Both the position numbers and the translations under genes were made by a program. DNA of 56,941 bases from positions 28,959,680-29,016,620 of the forward strand of contig NC_068987.1 in NCBI RefSeq assembly GCF_001194135.2, given 5' to 3'. The notes beneath the pieces were generated by a model. That model was not told the origin of the DNA, searched no databases, and saw only the letters and a list, made by a program, of their open reading frames with translations. Origin of the DNA: Octopus bimaculoides. Lineage: Eukaryota. Positions 1-12,477 of this stretch are shown here, in pieces (position 1 is the stretch's first letter; every line of letters starts with the position of its first letter).

Positions 1-82
<82 letters not shown>

Positions 83-97
83 ATATATAAATGTATG

Positions 98-134
<37 letters not shown>

Positions 135-723
135 CATATGTGTGTGTGTATGTACGTACGCACGATGTTCCTGCAACCGCCAAATAAATAAATAAATAAA
201 AGTATAGAGAAAGAAACAAAGAAAATCACAGAAGGTGCCTGAATTTATCAAGTTCGTCTATCGATGATCAATGAAGACAATAACGTCAACCATACGTCAC
301 TTAAACACGAACCGTAGCCATGGAGATGACCAGAGAATCACAGCTGCATTCCCATACGCAACACATTCCATGCACCTGAAACTACGTCAGTGTATCTATA
401 TTTTATTGTCGCAAACATCCTTACTGATGCAATGGGAAGTCAGTTGTATTCGATGAAGACCATGTCTAACTAAGCAGTCGATAAGTGATACTGTGAGTAG
501 GATTTAGGACAACAGAACAGCATTTGCGTCCTCTTAAACCACACCATTGCTGAGCCTCAAACAAGAGCAGTTTAGTTTGATTTCGGTACCACGCAATCAT
601 ACGACAAGATATAGACGGTAGAATAGCACAGGTTGCGTTTCATATGTGAAAACGAATTGCAGATGTATCACAAAGATACTCTTCCTATTATATATTACGC
701 ACAGCTGAAACATACCTATTAAA

Positions 724-1344
724 TGGCACTCTGTCGCTTAGGACGTCGAGGGTTCCAGTTGATCCGATGACCGGAACACCCTGCTCGTGAAATTAACGTG
801 CAAGTGGCTGAACACTCCACAGACACGTGTACCCTTAACGTAGTTCTCAGGGATATTCAGCGTGACACAGTGTGACAAGGCCGACCCTTTGAATTACAGG
901 CACAACAGAAACAGGAAGTAAGAGTGAGAGAAAGTTTGTGGTAAAAGAGTACAGCAAGGTTCGCNNNNNNNNNNNNNNNNNNNNNNNNNNNNNNNNNNNN
1001 NNNNNNNNNNNNNNNNNNNNNNNNNNNNNNNNNNNNNNNNNNNNNNNNNNNNNNNNNNNNNNNNNNNNNNNNNNNNNNNNNNNNNNNNNNNNNNNNNNNN
1101 NNNNNNNNNNNNNNNNNNNNNNNNNNNNNNNNNNNNNNNNNNNNNNNNNNNNNNNNNNNNNNNNNNNNNNNNNNNNNNNNNNNNNNNNNNNNNNNNNNNN
1201 NNNNNNNNNNNNNNNNNNNNNNNNNNNNNNNNNCTTTAGGTGTTTTCGCTCAAAAAACACTCACAACACTCGGTCTGGGAATCGAAACCGCGATCCTATG
1301 ACGGCGAGTCTGCTGCCTTAACCACTCGGCCATTGCGCCTCCAC
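724..1344 (-). mobile_element. tRNA-derived SINE, family A (interrupted by assembly gap)
   Basis: Reverse complement matches the copies at 8825, 21721 and 39741: head GTGGAGGCGCAATGG..GGTT..TTCGATTCCC and tail ..CGACAGAGTGCCA. Contains an N-run at 965-1233. Confidence 0.9.
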
Positions 1345-1847
1345 CTATTAAATGATAACATTAATATATATATATATAAATATATATAGAAATATATGCA
1401 GATTTATATCTGTATGTATGTATGAATGTATGTATGCATAAGTATACTTATTACTATGTATCCACTTATGAACTTGTTACGGGCCTTATTTACAATAACG
1501 AGTTAGGCTTCACTCTCGATCTCTCTGCCAACGAATAATTCATTGACATTCCTCGTTCTAATTTTATTACATTTTGTGCTGCGATCATTTCCACATCTGA
1601 CATATGGCACGCTTGTTCAACTGCACAAACAATGTTAATTTGATGGAGTGAGTGAGTTTGTACAAAGACAAATATTTAATATCAGTAAGCAAATCATCTG
1701 TGTTCTTCATCAGCAACAAATTGCTGAACTGTCATCTGTCGACTTATGTAAAATCTGTGGAATATAAACCCTTCAAGCTGGTGACAGAAATCCGTTACGG
1801 TCAGTTAATAACGGCTAGTCAAAAACTATATATTGTTTGTGCATTAC

Positions 1848-1961
1848 ATTGGTCCGGTCAGCCAATTTTTACGGTACTAATCGACGAGCAGGGTATCCCT
1901 GCCCTTAGGTTGTTTCCAGTCCGCACGCCTACATTGGGCGGCGTTTAAAATGCATGTAAGG
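1848..1961 (+). promoter_or_regulatory. Possible Pol II promoter / first-exon region (CCAAT boxes, GC box, downstream splice donor)
   Basis: ATTGG 1848-1852, CCAAT 1862-1866, ATTGG 1933-1937, GGGCGG 1936-1941, donor CAT|GTAAGG at 1956, in a locally CpG-rich patch. Motif evidence only. Confidence 0.25.
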
Positions 1962-2118
1962 CTCACACAATGTATATTTTTTTGTCTTTTCTTTGGATTT
2001 AATTTTACAGAATTTAATGACCGTCACAGTTTCGTATGTCCAGTTCGAAAAGTGTTTCAATGTCTGCGGAAATCGGCGTTTGACGATTTGTCTGTAACGA
2101 TATATTATCAACTGACGT

Positions 2119-2165
<47 letters not shown>

Positions 2166-2756
2166 TAGATAGATAGATAGATAGATAGATGGATGTACAT
2201 ATACATATAGATATATAGATATATAGATAGATACATTCATACATAGCATAGATACATACAAATACACACACATATACATTCAGAATAATTTTCCTCTCTT
2301 TCCTCCCCTCTCTCTCTCTCTCTCTCTTTCTCTTTCTTTCCTTCTCCCTTTCTCTGTTTCTCTCTCTCTTCCTTCCTCTCTCTTGCTCTCCATTTTTTTC
2401 ATTGATCCGCTCACCACAAAGCAATCTGGAATAAAGTTTACACTTTTTATATATATAATTGATTAGTCACATTGCATTTTATAGACATTCTAAGACATGC
2501 GGGAAGAAATAGTCAAATAAGTTAAAACTGGGCCAAGATCCTAGCAAAACAGGATCATTTTGAGGTGTTAAACTGTCCTTCTAAAGTTTATAGTGCACGG
2601 ACATTAACACCCTTCCGACAGGCTTTAACATAATTCCCAGTTAACCAACTGATGTGATGACACACAGCTATAAGAGAAATTACTTCACCATGAGGTTGCG
2701 AAAAATCAGAAATTATGTAAATCCAAAGCTCAATTCCAACCAACAATGACATTACT

Positions 2757-3045
2757 GTTCTATATTTAAGAGATGAGGAACTGTGTACATTATTTACGTG
2801 CATATGTCGTAGTGGTAAAGAGCGTAGGCTACTAACCCCATGATTCCGAGTTCGATTCCAGGCAGTGACCTGAATAATAATAATAATAATAATAATAACA
2901 TCGAAAAAAAAATAACTTAGGAATGAGAACACAGGTTTGAAATTTCTCGAAGACACCTGATGAAGGGTGGCGAGTATATAAGCCGAAACGTTGTGTTAAT
3001 AAACAAGATGAGGACAAATATCCTTCAAATGTAAATAATGTAAAT
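2757..3045 (+). mobile_element. Non-autonomous Penelope-derived unit: inverted distal tail (2757-2797) + tRNA-like head + (AAT)n + hammerhead, flanked by a 12-bp TSD
   Basis: AATGACATTACT at 2745-2756 and 3046-3057. B box GTTCGATTC 2850-2858. Homologous to both arms of the PLE at 20351-21561. 2757-2797 matches the element end at 20351-20391 in the opposite orientation to the forward unit. Confidence 0.85.
2952..2997 (+). ncRNA. Minimal type I hammerhead ribozyme motif (helix II partly decayed)
   Basis: GACAC-CTGATGA-A-GGGTG..AAGCC-GAAACGTT-GTGTT. Helix I is GACAC/GTGTT and helix III is the palindrome ACGT. Confidence 0.75.
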
Positions 3046-3158
3046 AATGACATTACTATTCTCATATTCGTTAATATTTTACCTGTTTAGTCTGCGGCCA
3101 ATGATTTATATAAATATATGTGTGTTATATGCAGCCATATGTATATATATATATATAT

Positions 3159-3189
<31 letters not shown>

Positions 3190-3210
3190 TACATATATAA
3201 TATAAATGCG

Positions 3211-3412
3211 CCCCTTTTACAGCCTAGCCAGGCTCGTGGACCCGGTTTCAATGGCGTATGTGTTCCCCAGCTGGACGGGACGTCTGTCCATCGCAGCGTG
3301 ACTCATGTTTGCCAGCTGAGTGGACTGGAGCAATGTGAGAGGAAGTGTTTTGCTCAAGAACAGAACGCGTCGCCCGGTCCAGGAATCGAAACCACAATTT
3401 ATGACCATGATG
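3211..3412 (-). mobile_element. tRNA-derived SINE, family D (5'-part decayed)
   Basis: The reverse strand has GTTTCGATTCC followed by TTCTTGAGCAAAACACTT..TTGCTCCAGTCCACTCAGCTG, similar to 3816-4025 and 52780-52850. Confidence 0.75.
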
Positions 3413-3442
3413 CTCACACACACACACACACACACACGCATG

Positions 3443-3505
<63 letters not shown>

Positions 3506-3815
3506 AGGTCATTGATATACATAAATGCCTCACGCTAGGAGGGACTTTTAAAGTCAAAACTACCATTATATATGTGATATCCCATCTCTAGCCCCTCTAA
3601 CATTTTTATCAATACAAGATCTGGCATAATAATTATAAATGGGAATAATGGAATAAGTCTATAGACAAACTTACTATTTTCATATAGAGAGTGCTTTAAA
3701 CCACATGATAGGTGAATCAGTAAATATGAAATATAGCACATATTGTACCAACACTTGTTTTTATCTATGCAGTTTACTTATCTTCGCAATTTACTGTGAT
3801 TGATTATTGAGCTAA

Positions 3816-4025
3816 GTGAAGACGCATGGCTCAGTGTTTAGATTGTCGGGCTCACAATCATGAGGCAGTGAGTTCGATTCTCGAACCAGACCGGGCTGTG
3901 TGGGATGTTTTTGAGGAAGACACTTTATTTCACGTTGCTCTAGTTCACTCAGCTGTAGAAATGTTGCGACGTCACTGGTACCAATGTGTATCGGCTTTTG
4001 CCTTCCCCTTGAATAAAATCGGTGA
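3816..4025 (+). mobile_element. tRNA-derived SINE, family D
   Basis: A-box-like TGGCTCAGTGTT, B box GTTCGATTC, and central TTGAGGAAGACACTTTATTTCACGTTGCTCTAGTTCACTCAGCTG. Followed by a 9-bp repeat (ACCATGCAT) x3. Confidence 0.75.
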
Positions 4026-5298
4026 TACCATGCATACCATGCATACCATGCATGGGCAAATGTTGGTCTTCCATAAACAGCTTTGCTCGGATTAGTTCCT
4101 TGGAGGGTAGTTTTCTCAGTGCATGGCCATTCATGACTGGGGAAGGTCTTTATGCGTTATGCTTTTTTTTATTGAGCTACTTTATGACTAGAGTAGTTTT
4201 GTGTCTTCATTCCCTTTAACAGTGTGTATTTTTAACAGCTAACAGTTATAGTGCCATATCTTTTGTATAGTAATGATTTTTAGTTTCACAAGCACATTTT
4301 AAATAACAAAAATTATTGGAAATGCTGGGCATGACACTTATTAATGTTTGTATCGCTTACCTCTATCGAAACATACTCCATCTATTGATAATGCAGATAT
4401 TAATCGTAAAGATTAAAACTGTAATAGGTTTACGGGTTAGGAGGATCTTTAAAGATAGATGACAAACATTAAGGAGGTTTATTAAGATCAGGATGACTAT
4501 GTATAATAAGTATTATAATATTTATGAGTTCCGGAATTAATGTCGCTTCTGTATGCGTTTAGTGTCATTTCTGACATCGGAACAGAATTGTTTTAATTAC
4601 ATCGTCAGAACTTTACACTATCTTTTTGTGTTTGCTTGCTTTGTTTGAATGTTTTCAGGACATAAATTTATTTGTATTCTGAAAGTACATCTGTAAAATT
4701 TCCTGATTTCTTCTTTATAGACGATCACTAGTAAAAGCCACATAACATTACTTATTTATCATAATCTTTGTCTCAGCTAAATGAAATGTTTTCCAGAGGA
4801 TGCATTTCTCGTTGAAGTGACTTATGTAAAGGAAATATATCCAATTGCATTAAAAGTTTTTAGCCATATTATAACATCACTATACCAACGTTTCCAAATG
4901 CGTTACCAGGCGTAGGGGACAGAGAAACCACGCCTACCTCCAAGTCATTGCTTGACTATGTTTAAAACAGCCACAATGGCTCTAACTATAACAAGTTATA
5001 TTCGCAACCAGTATAGTTAGTGATCTCATCTTTTCGTCGCCACTGTTCCACATTTTCCATGTAATGCAAGATTTAGAACACCTTTGAGACTTTACAGAAT
5101 CTATAGCGAAGAAATTTCTGAAAACCACCACATTTCCCTTAAATCATGATTAATATTTGCGTACGCCATCTCTTGTTCTGAAACATAACAGCGTATAAGA
5201 GTTAATGCTTGAATCTTGTTCAATTCGTAATTTGTTTTATAGAAATAAAACAAATTCATTAATGCAAATTTATTTTAATACCGCGTGAGTCATTTAAT

Positions 5299-5407
5299 AT
5301 GTTAGATCAGATTACAGTCAGCGAAGATATTTTTGAACGAGAGCAAGACAACCAAATAAATAATATTTTCTTCAAAGTGACAGTACAGCGGCAACCATTT
5401 GAAATTG
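5299..5407 (+). CDS. Candidate first coding exon (MLDQITVSEDIFEREQDNQINNIFFKVTVQRQPFEI), unknown protein
   Basis: Acceptor TTTGTTTTATAG ends at 5242, an in-frame upstream TAA is at 5260, the frame is open from ATG 5299, and the donor is G|GTAAGC at 5408. No recognisable homology. Confidence 0.25.
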
Positions 5408-6225
5408 GTAAGCTGTAACATATTTAACATTGTGACGCGCGAAAGCAATCGATTAACTGAATTTATCTCTGCAATTCGTAAAAGAAAACTTCTTTTAGAT
5501 ATGATTAAGACTTAAAAACAAGCAGGAATTAATATAACGCCAAAGAAATTGAATAATGAAAAATGCTGGGCATACAGCTATCGTGCAGATCGAATTAGAT
5601 AATGTTGTTAAAACTGACCGGTGAAAGCAACATACATGTTTTGATCTTGTAACTCTTTCACAGCAAAGTATGTTCTTTTCAGTTGAGAAAATTTAGTTTG
5701 GATCAGTAAACACACACACATGCACTCCAGAAAGTGTGTATACATGTGTATGTAAGCTTATATGAAAAATACATTAAATGCGCAACAATAGCTAAAAAAA
5801 AAAACGTACAGGTAGGGCAGACGTAGAAGGACCTAATTCTTCATCACTTATCAACCGAATAGCAATACTCATTTTCATGTCTTTAATGATAATACTTAGA
5901 ACTTTGCATATCGGTGGAACCCGCAAACTTTGCGGAGACTTCGGGTTTCGATCGAACAGAACGATACAGAGTGGACGTACGAAAGTAAACAAAAGTAATT
6001 TAAGACGATTGATGAAGATGGAATAAATATGACCTTTCGGTCAAAAAGACGTGAATGATGGGTAACGCATAGAAGAAAGCCTTATGGATATAGAAATACA
6101 AATGGCAAGAGAGGGGATAGATATCGATCGTCTAGCTAAGCGTCCGTTGCGAAAAAGGCAGAGAAATAGAAAAACTTAGTCACGAGTCAAGTGTGACCAG
6201 TAGATAGAGGGGAAGGAGGATAAGA

Positions 6226-6254
6226 GTGAGAGAGAGAGAGAGAGAGTGAGAGAG

Positions 6255-6286
<32 letters not shown>

Positions 6287-6385
6287 AGCGGCAGAGAGAG
6301 CAGGGAAGGAAGGAAGGAAGGAAAGAAGGAAGGAAGGAAGGAAGGAAGGAAGGAAGGAAGGAAGGAAGGAAGGAAGGAAGAGAGA
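6226..6385. repeat. Compound microsatellite (GA)n/(GACA)n/(GGAA)n
   Basis: Direct inspection. Confidence 0.95.
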
Positions 6386-6501
6386 AAGTCTATAATTAAA
6401 AGTGAGAGGACGAGAGAAAGAGAAAGAAAGGAAAATGGGAACGCTAGTAATAGAAACGAGGAGGAGAAAGAAAGAAAGATAGAGGATAGATTCGCAATAT
6501 A

Positions 6502-7731
6502 CAGGTTTTGGACAAATAGTGGAAACACTAAAATTTCAAAGAAATTCAATATCAGGTAGGACCGCATTTGGCAGTAATTACAGCTTGAATTCTAGGAGGT
6601 ATGGATTCGTACAAAGTTTCAATTGTTCCCAAAAGAATTTTTTTTCCATTCTTCAGCTAAATCCGTCTCCAGTTCTTGTAGTGATGATGGTGGATGATAT
6701 CGACTTCTTATTGTTTTTCTAAAATGCACCATGAATGTTCAATAATTTTGAGTTCTGGGGACTGTGGTGGCCAGATAAGATGTTCAACTTCACTAGAATG
6801 CTCCTCGTGCCATTCAGTAATAATTTTAGCTGTGTGAATTGGTGCATTATCACCCAGAAAGATTGTGTTTCACTCAAGAAAGAGTTCCGCAACCGTAGGA
6901 TGAATTTGATCAGATAAAATGCTTAAATAGTCTTGACTATTAATTCTGCCATGAAGGGAAAACTTTGGGCCGGCAGATTTCCAAGATATAGCCCCCATCA
7001 AGATCATCAAAGAACCTCCTCCGTGTTTAACAGTTGGAAGAAGACAGTCTGGGTCAAATGCTTATTTTGGCTGTCTCCACACGTATACTCGACCGGCAGT
7101 TGGAAATTAGGTAAAGGCTGACTCGTCCGAGAAATACCAATCTTCCACTGCTCTATGAACTAATGCTGTAGGTTTTTACTCCACTCTAAAAGTTTTGGAA
7201 TGTTTGCTTTTGAAAGTAGTGGTTTTCTGATTGCACTCTCCCGTGAAAACCAGCTTTGTCAGCTCCCAGCGAACAGGTTTTGTGGAAACTGGTTTCTCGA
7301 TGTGGTCATTAAGCTCTGCAGTAATTTTGGGATCTGTTCTTTTGTGAACCTTTCTAACAATTCGCGTAAGAGTCTGATGGTCCCTATCTGAAAGTTTTGG
7401 TTTTCTTCCGGACTTTTGTTTCGACGAGGAGGTTTTTCCTCTCTCTCAAAGGCTGTCATTACTTTAGAGACCGTACTTCTTGATACACCAAACATTTCAG
7501 CTGTTTTCATTACGCTAGCGCCTGTCATACGAGCATCAGCAATTTCACCTCTTTAAAATCCGTTAGATCTGTCATTTTAATGAATGTTAATTACCTTTTT
7601 CTGGTGATATCTAAAATGAAACAGCAATTTTAGCAAAACATATTAAGCAACAATAATAATAAGTAAAAAAAACATAAAAATAGATAAGCTTTAGACTGTT
7701 TTATAGATATTTCAAACTTATGATGCTAGGT

Positions 7732-7736
<5 letters not shown>
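6502..7736 (-). mobile_element. Tc1-family DNA transposon, near full length, decayed; right TIR truncated by (TA)n and a gap
   Basis: Left end TA|CAGGTTTTGGACAAATAGTGGAAACAC. The right side ends in ..TAGGTGTTT followed by (TA)n. Encloses a transposase pseudogene. Confidence 0.85.
6546..7575 (-). pseudogene. Tc1/mariner DDE transposase pseudogene (frameshifts and stops)
   Basis: Across frames: MTDLTDFKRGEIADARMTGASVMKTAEMFGVSRSTVSKVM (HTH), FSDES near 7125, WPPQSPELKIIE near 6740-6775, and C-terminal YESIPPRIQAVITAKCGPT. Confidence 0.9.
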
Positions 7737-7762
<26 letters not shown>

Positions 7763-7962
7763 NNNNNNNNNNNNNNNNNNNNNNNNNNNNNNNNNNNNNN
7801 NNNNNNNNNNNNNNNNNNNNNNNNNNNNNNNNNNNNNNNNNNNNNNNNNNNNNNNNNNNNNNNNNNNNNNNNNNNNNNNNNNNNNNNNNNNNNNNNNNNN
7901 NNNNNNNNNNNNNNNNNNNNNNNNNNNNNNNNNNNNNNNNNNNNNNNNNNNNNNNNNNNNNG

Positions 7963-8058
<96 letters not shown>

Positions 8059-8402
8059 AACTTACTGTTAACGAAGGTCGGGATGCATTATATAAATGCA
8101 TTTAATGCATTAAATAAACGATGCTTAAAAGACTTGCACATATACATATGTGTATGTATATACATCTGTGGCAGAGTGTATATGTATATATTTATATATA
8201 TATATGTGTATATGTATATATACATTTATGTGTCTATAAGTATGCATAGGTATGCACATGTGCTTATATATGTGTGTGTAAATGCGTGACTGCATGGAGA
8301 TAGATAGAGGGGGGGGAGAGGAAAAAATGTGGAGGAATATAGAATACAGACAAAATAGTGGAGGCAAACCCTGACAATGGGGCGCTCTACATCTTAGTTT
8401 CT

Positions 8403-8537
8403 TATTTTAGCACAGGGCCAGCAATTTCGGAGGAGAGGCCAGTCAATTTGATTGACCATAGTGCCCAACTGGTACTTATTTTATCGAACCTAAAAGATGA
8501 AAGTGAAAGTCGACATCGGCAGCATTTGAACTCAGAA
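8403..8537 (-). mobile_element. SINE family B, old partial copy (tail type ii)
   Basis: The reverse strand has CTGAGTTCAAAT..GTCGACTTT..TTTCATC..TAAGTACCAGT and a GAAATTGCTGGCCCTGTGC tail. Confidence 0.7.
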
Positions 8538-8824
8538 AAACATATGTAAAATCGAATACATGCAATATGTCGATATGAAATACTTCCCAAAGCTGATGCT
8601 ATTTATGCCATTAGCAGACAAAAAATACACTCATCCATAGATGTTCAAACTCTAAAAATTCGAAGCAAAAGAACTATCATCGGTAAAATAGGATGGCTGA
8701 ATGTTTTTTATTATGAGATGGCGGAAATTTGATGTGCACATTCAACCAACAAGAATATGTAACAAATCAGATCAGCTGCATCATCAAGCAAACGGATTCC
8801 TCTTTACATATGTTAAAGAATAGC

Positions 8825-9208
8825 GTAGGCGCAATGGTCCAGTGGTTGGGGCAGCGATCTCGCGGTCATAGGATCGCCGTTTCGATTCCCAGACCGGGCG
8901 TTGTAAGTGTTTATTGAGCGAAAACACATAAAGCCCCATGAGACTCCGACAGGAGATGGTGGTGAACCCTGCTGTACTCTTTCACCACAACTTTCTCTCA
9001 CTCTTACTTCCTGTTTCTGTTGTGCATGTAATTCAAAGGGTCAGCCTTGTCACACTGTGTCACGCTGAATATCCCCAAGAACTACATTAATGGTACACGT
9101 GTCTGTGGAGTGCTCAGCCACTTGCACGTTAATTTCACGAGCAAGTTTGTTCCGTTGATCGGATCAACTGGAACCCTCAACGTCGTAAGCGACGGAGTGC
9201 CAACAACA
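8825..9208 (+). mobile_element. tRNA-derived SINE, family A, full length
   Basis: tRNA-like head GGCGCAATGGTCCAGTGG..TTCGATTCCC, a body shared with three other copies, and a (CAA)n tail. Confidence 0.92.
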
Positions 9209-9724
9209 TGATAAAGAATAAATTTTAATAGACCTTAGGGAAATATCCAACGTAATACCTGAAATTACACTGGAATTTTCAATGGCACTATTTGGAATGG
9301 GCCAGTTTAAATATTTTGATTGTAGAGTGCTTGTACCTATGGTATATATTTTTTAATGTTCCTAGACCGTTTATATGTTCGATACGATATTCACCCATCT
9401 AACAGCAAATTCTCATAATAACATTACACCATTGCTATCGCGCAAAGAAATGTAAAGCAAAAAAACGAATCGTATAAGATAGGATTTAAGTTGTTCAAAT
9501 TATCTACGAGATAATTGGCTGAGTTTATTTCGATATATGCCTTCTTCTCTCTATATAGACGTAATTAGCTATGCATTAATTCAAGATAACTGTCTATGTC
9601 GAACATACAATGTCTTCGAGTCAATGTTTAACTTACAAGAAAGTATTGTAATGCGCACCCACTAAGAAACACACATGCACGCAGACACGGACACACACAC
9701 TATCGTACACTCACAAATATATGT

Positions 9725-9759
<35 letters not shown>

Positions 9760-10094
9760 NNNNNNNNNNNNNNNNNNNNNNNNNNNNNNNNNNNNNNNNN
9801 NNNNNNNNNNNNNNNNNNNNNNNNNNNNNNNNNNNATATTTAATATATTCACATCATCGATGTGTTTTCTATTTACAATTACAAAGTTATTACACTAATG
9901 AAATTAAAACTTACTCTAAGGCATGATTTAAAGTCTCCTTCCTACACTGTTCGCACATGAATACATAAATGCTTTCTTCCACAAATGCATAATGCACACA
10001 CACACGTACATACACACATATATCTGTGTGGAAGTATGCATGTATATATATATATATATGTGTGGGGGGGTGCGTGTGTGTGTGTGTGTTCGTG

Positions 10095-10134
<40 letters not shown>

Positions 10135-10350
10135 CTTAGGCATCATAGAAAAAATAAGGCATGTTGTGCTAAATGCATTAATCTTAATGTGTCTATATAC
10201 CTGTGCACTACAATAACACAAATTGGAATCTATTTGCCCTAAATATAGCTGCAAACTATATTAATAGATGGCATTTGAAATTATCTTCTATTCTCAAGTA
10301 CATAGTCTGTTGGTTAATGATATCTTTGCAGCATATATGTATAGAGAGAG

Positions 10351-10399
<49 letters not shown>

Positions 10400-10549
10400 C
10401 ATACGTATATACATACATACATACATACATACATATACATGTTTATATATGCTTATATTGTTTTTATTATTATTTTATATTTTATATATTTATATATATT
10501 TTTATATCCTTCGTATATGTATATGTATGTTTATATGTGTTTATGTGGG

Positions 10550-12470
10550 TGTTGAGCAATCAAATCACTACCCATTGGTTGATCAAGCCCGTCAATCACT
10601 ACTAGGCTGTATGTCGCAAGTAGCTCCAGCGCATGATGTTCTCTCTGAGTGAAGAGACTGGGTTTTCTCTGCTTTAAACAAACTCATAGTGCAGGTCTTT
10701 TCCCAAACAACATAAGGACAAATCAAATTCTACGGCGATGAAGAGAGAGCGGCGGGAACAGTTGGAGAATGTTACTAGATGTCCCAAGCTTGAGTTTCGC
10801 TCCTATGGTGGTAAGAATTAGATGGCCGTTCTGTGAAACCCTTGTGATAGAATCCTTGTCGTCTTTGCAATTACAAAACAGCCTATTTAGGGTGGCACTT
10901 CTTTTCCATGTGTACGGAATGGACTAGAGAATTATACTGCGAATGATAGGACTTTCAACAATGCAGTCGAAACATAATATTATAAAGCACAAGAAGTGGG
11001 ATATAGTAACAGATAGGGAACGAATGCACTCTTCTGGACCACAAGAAGCATCTTGAGCGCGAAACAGCACGTGCAACTCGATTTCTAAGAAGTAAACATG
11101 TTAGCAATGCCGCGCTTTTGAAGGCAAGGCTATCAAATTATCCTCGGTTGAATGAAGTATTTGGAGGGTGCGCTTTCTTCTGGATCGGTAAATTTGGGGC
11201 AGAGTAAAGATCATTTGGTGTGGGCTACGCTATTAGTAATGATATAGTACGTAAACTAGAAACTTTACCAAATGAAATTAATTACCATCATCTGTTGTTG
11301 CGAATTCCAATTTACCTATAGGAATATGCTACATTAGTTGGTTATAAAGATGCAGCAGGAGATAAATTTTATTCAGTTTTACGAATATTACTTAACCGAG
11401 TTCTCAATAAAGATAAATTTTTTCTCTTGGGAGATATTAATGCGCGTGTCTGGTCAAATTAAGTGGTCAAATATTCTTGGTAAACATGGTCTTCGCAAAA
11501 TGAACTTAAATGGACTACGATCTTTGTGCTGTGAGTTTAGACTTTCTGTCACTAATACAGTTTTGCAACCGTCCAATAAAAACAAAATAATTATTTATTA
11601 TCGTGGTCACTTGATTTACTATGTGATTTTCTAAAGGCCAGCTAGAGTTTATGCTGGTCTGACCATACTATGGCTTGTAATAAGATAAAAAGGAGACTAA
11701 AGCCGGCCATAAAATATCATAAAAGATATAAGGAGACTTGATATCTCAAACCTCAACATAGATAACAAGAACACTTGATGAACATTCACATATTAGAATC
11801 ACCAAAAATGTAGAAGGAAAATGGGGTTAGATTAGTGTTACCACATATGAGTCGTCCAGATAAATTCTTTCGTTTTCATGATGTAAAAACCAAGATTGGT
11901 TTAATGGAAAGGAAGAGGCTATAAATGAACAGTCTCAAGAAATATAGAGATTTCACAAAGAACTGATAGCAAATAAGAACACAGCTAGAAAGAAAAAGCT
12001 TTACAAGTCTGCCAAATACTCTGTTGGATCTAAATTCCGAAAAAGCATGAGTGGTGAGAACAAAACGCTAATGTTTTGCAAGACTCAGCAGGCAAAAATG
12101 AAATGAAACGTGAAATGCGTTTTTCAGAATTTCAAGGTGATATTTGATCTACGTAAACAAGGGTGCTCTCCTGTTCTTTCTACAGAAGGGTATCTTCTCA
12201 CAGACCATAGTGACCAATTGAAATGTTGGTCAGAACATTTTAAAGATGTACCCAATAGAGCCACAGATTTTGACATGAAGCCAATCAATAATATCTCCCA
12301 AACACCGGAAATTGACTCTTGCGTTGGATCAATGCTTGGATGAAGTGAAAGTGGATAAAAAAGAATTGGCATATTGAGAAGCTCCATGCGAGGATGATAT
12401 TCCTGGAGAAATGTTTCGATGTGGTGACATGTGGATCGATAAAATGAAATAGCTTATAGTCCAAATGTCG
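10550..12470 (+). pseudogene. RTE-clade LINE 5' half: apurinic endonuclease and start of RT, heavily decayed
   Basis: GNECTLLD (NVRTL-like) at 11016, LLGDINARV at 11424, ILGKHG.RKMNLNG..LC.E..L.VTNT, and the RT-leader LDEVK..APCEDDIPGEMF near 12335-12420. The 5' boundary is approximate. Confidence 0.75.
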
Positions 12471-12477
12471 CAAATAG

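Noticed and set aside
2800-2870. tRNA-like sequence as a real tRNA gene (also the SINE heads at 8825, 21350, 39741)
   Set aside because: The acceptor stem does not close and each is embedded in a repeat unit, so they are tRNA-derived heads only.
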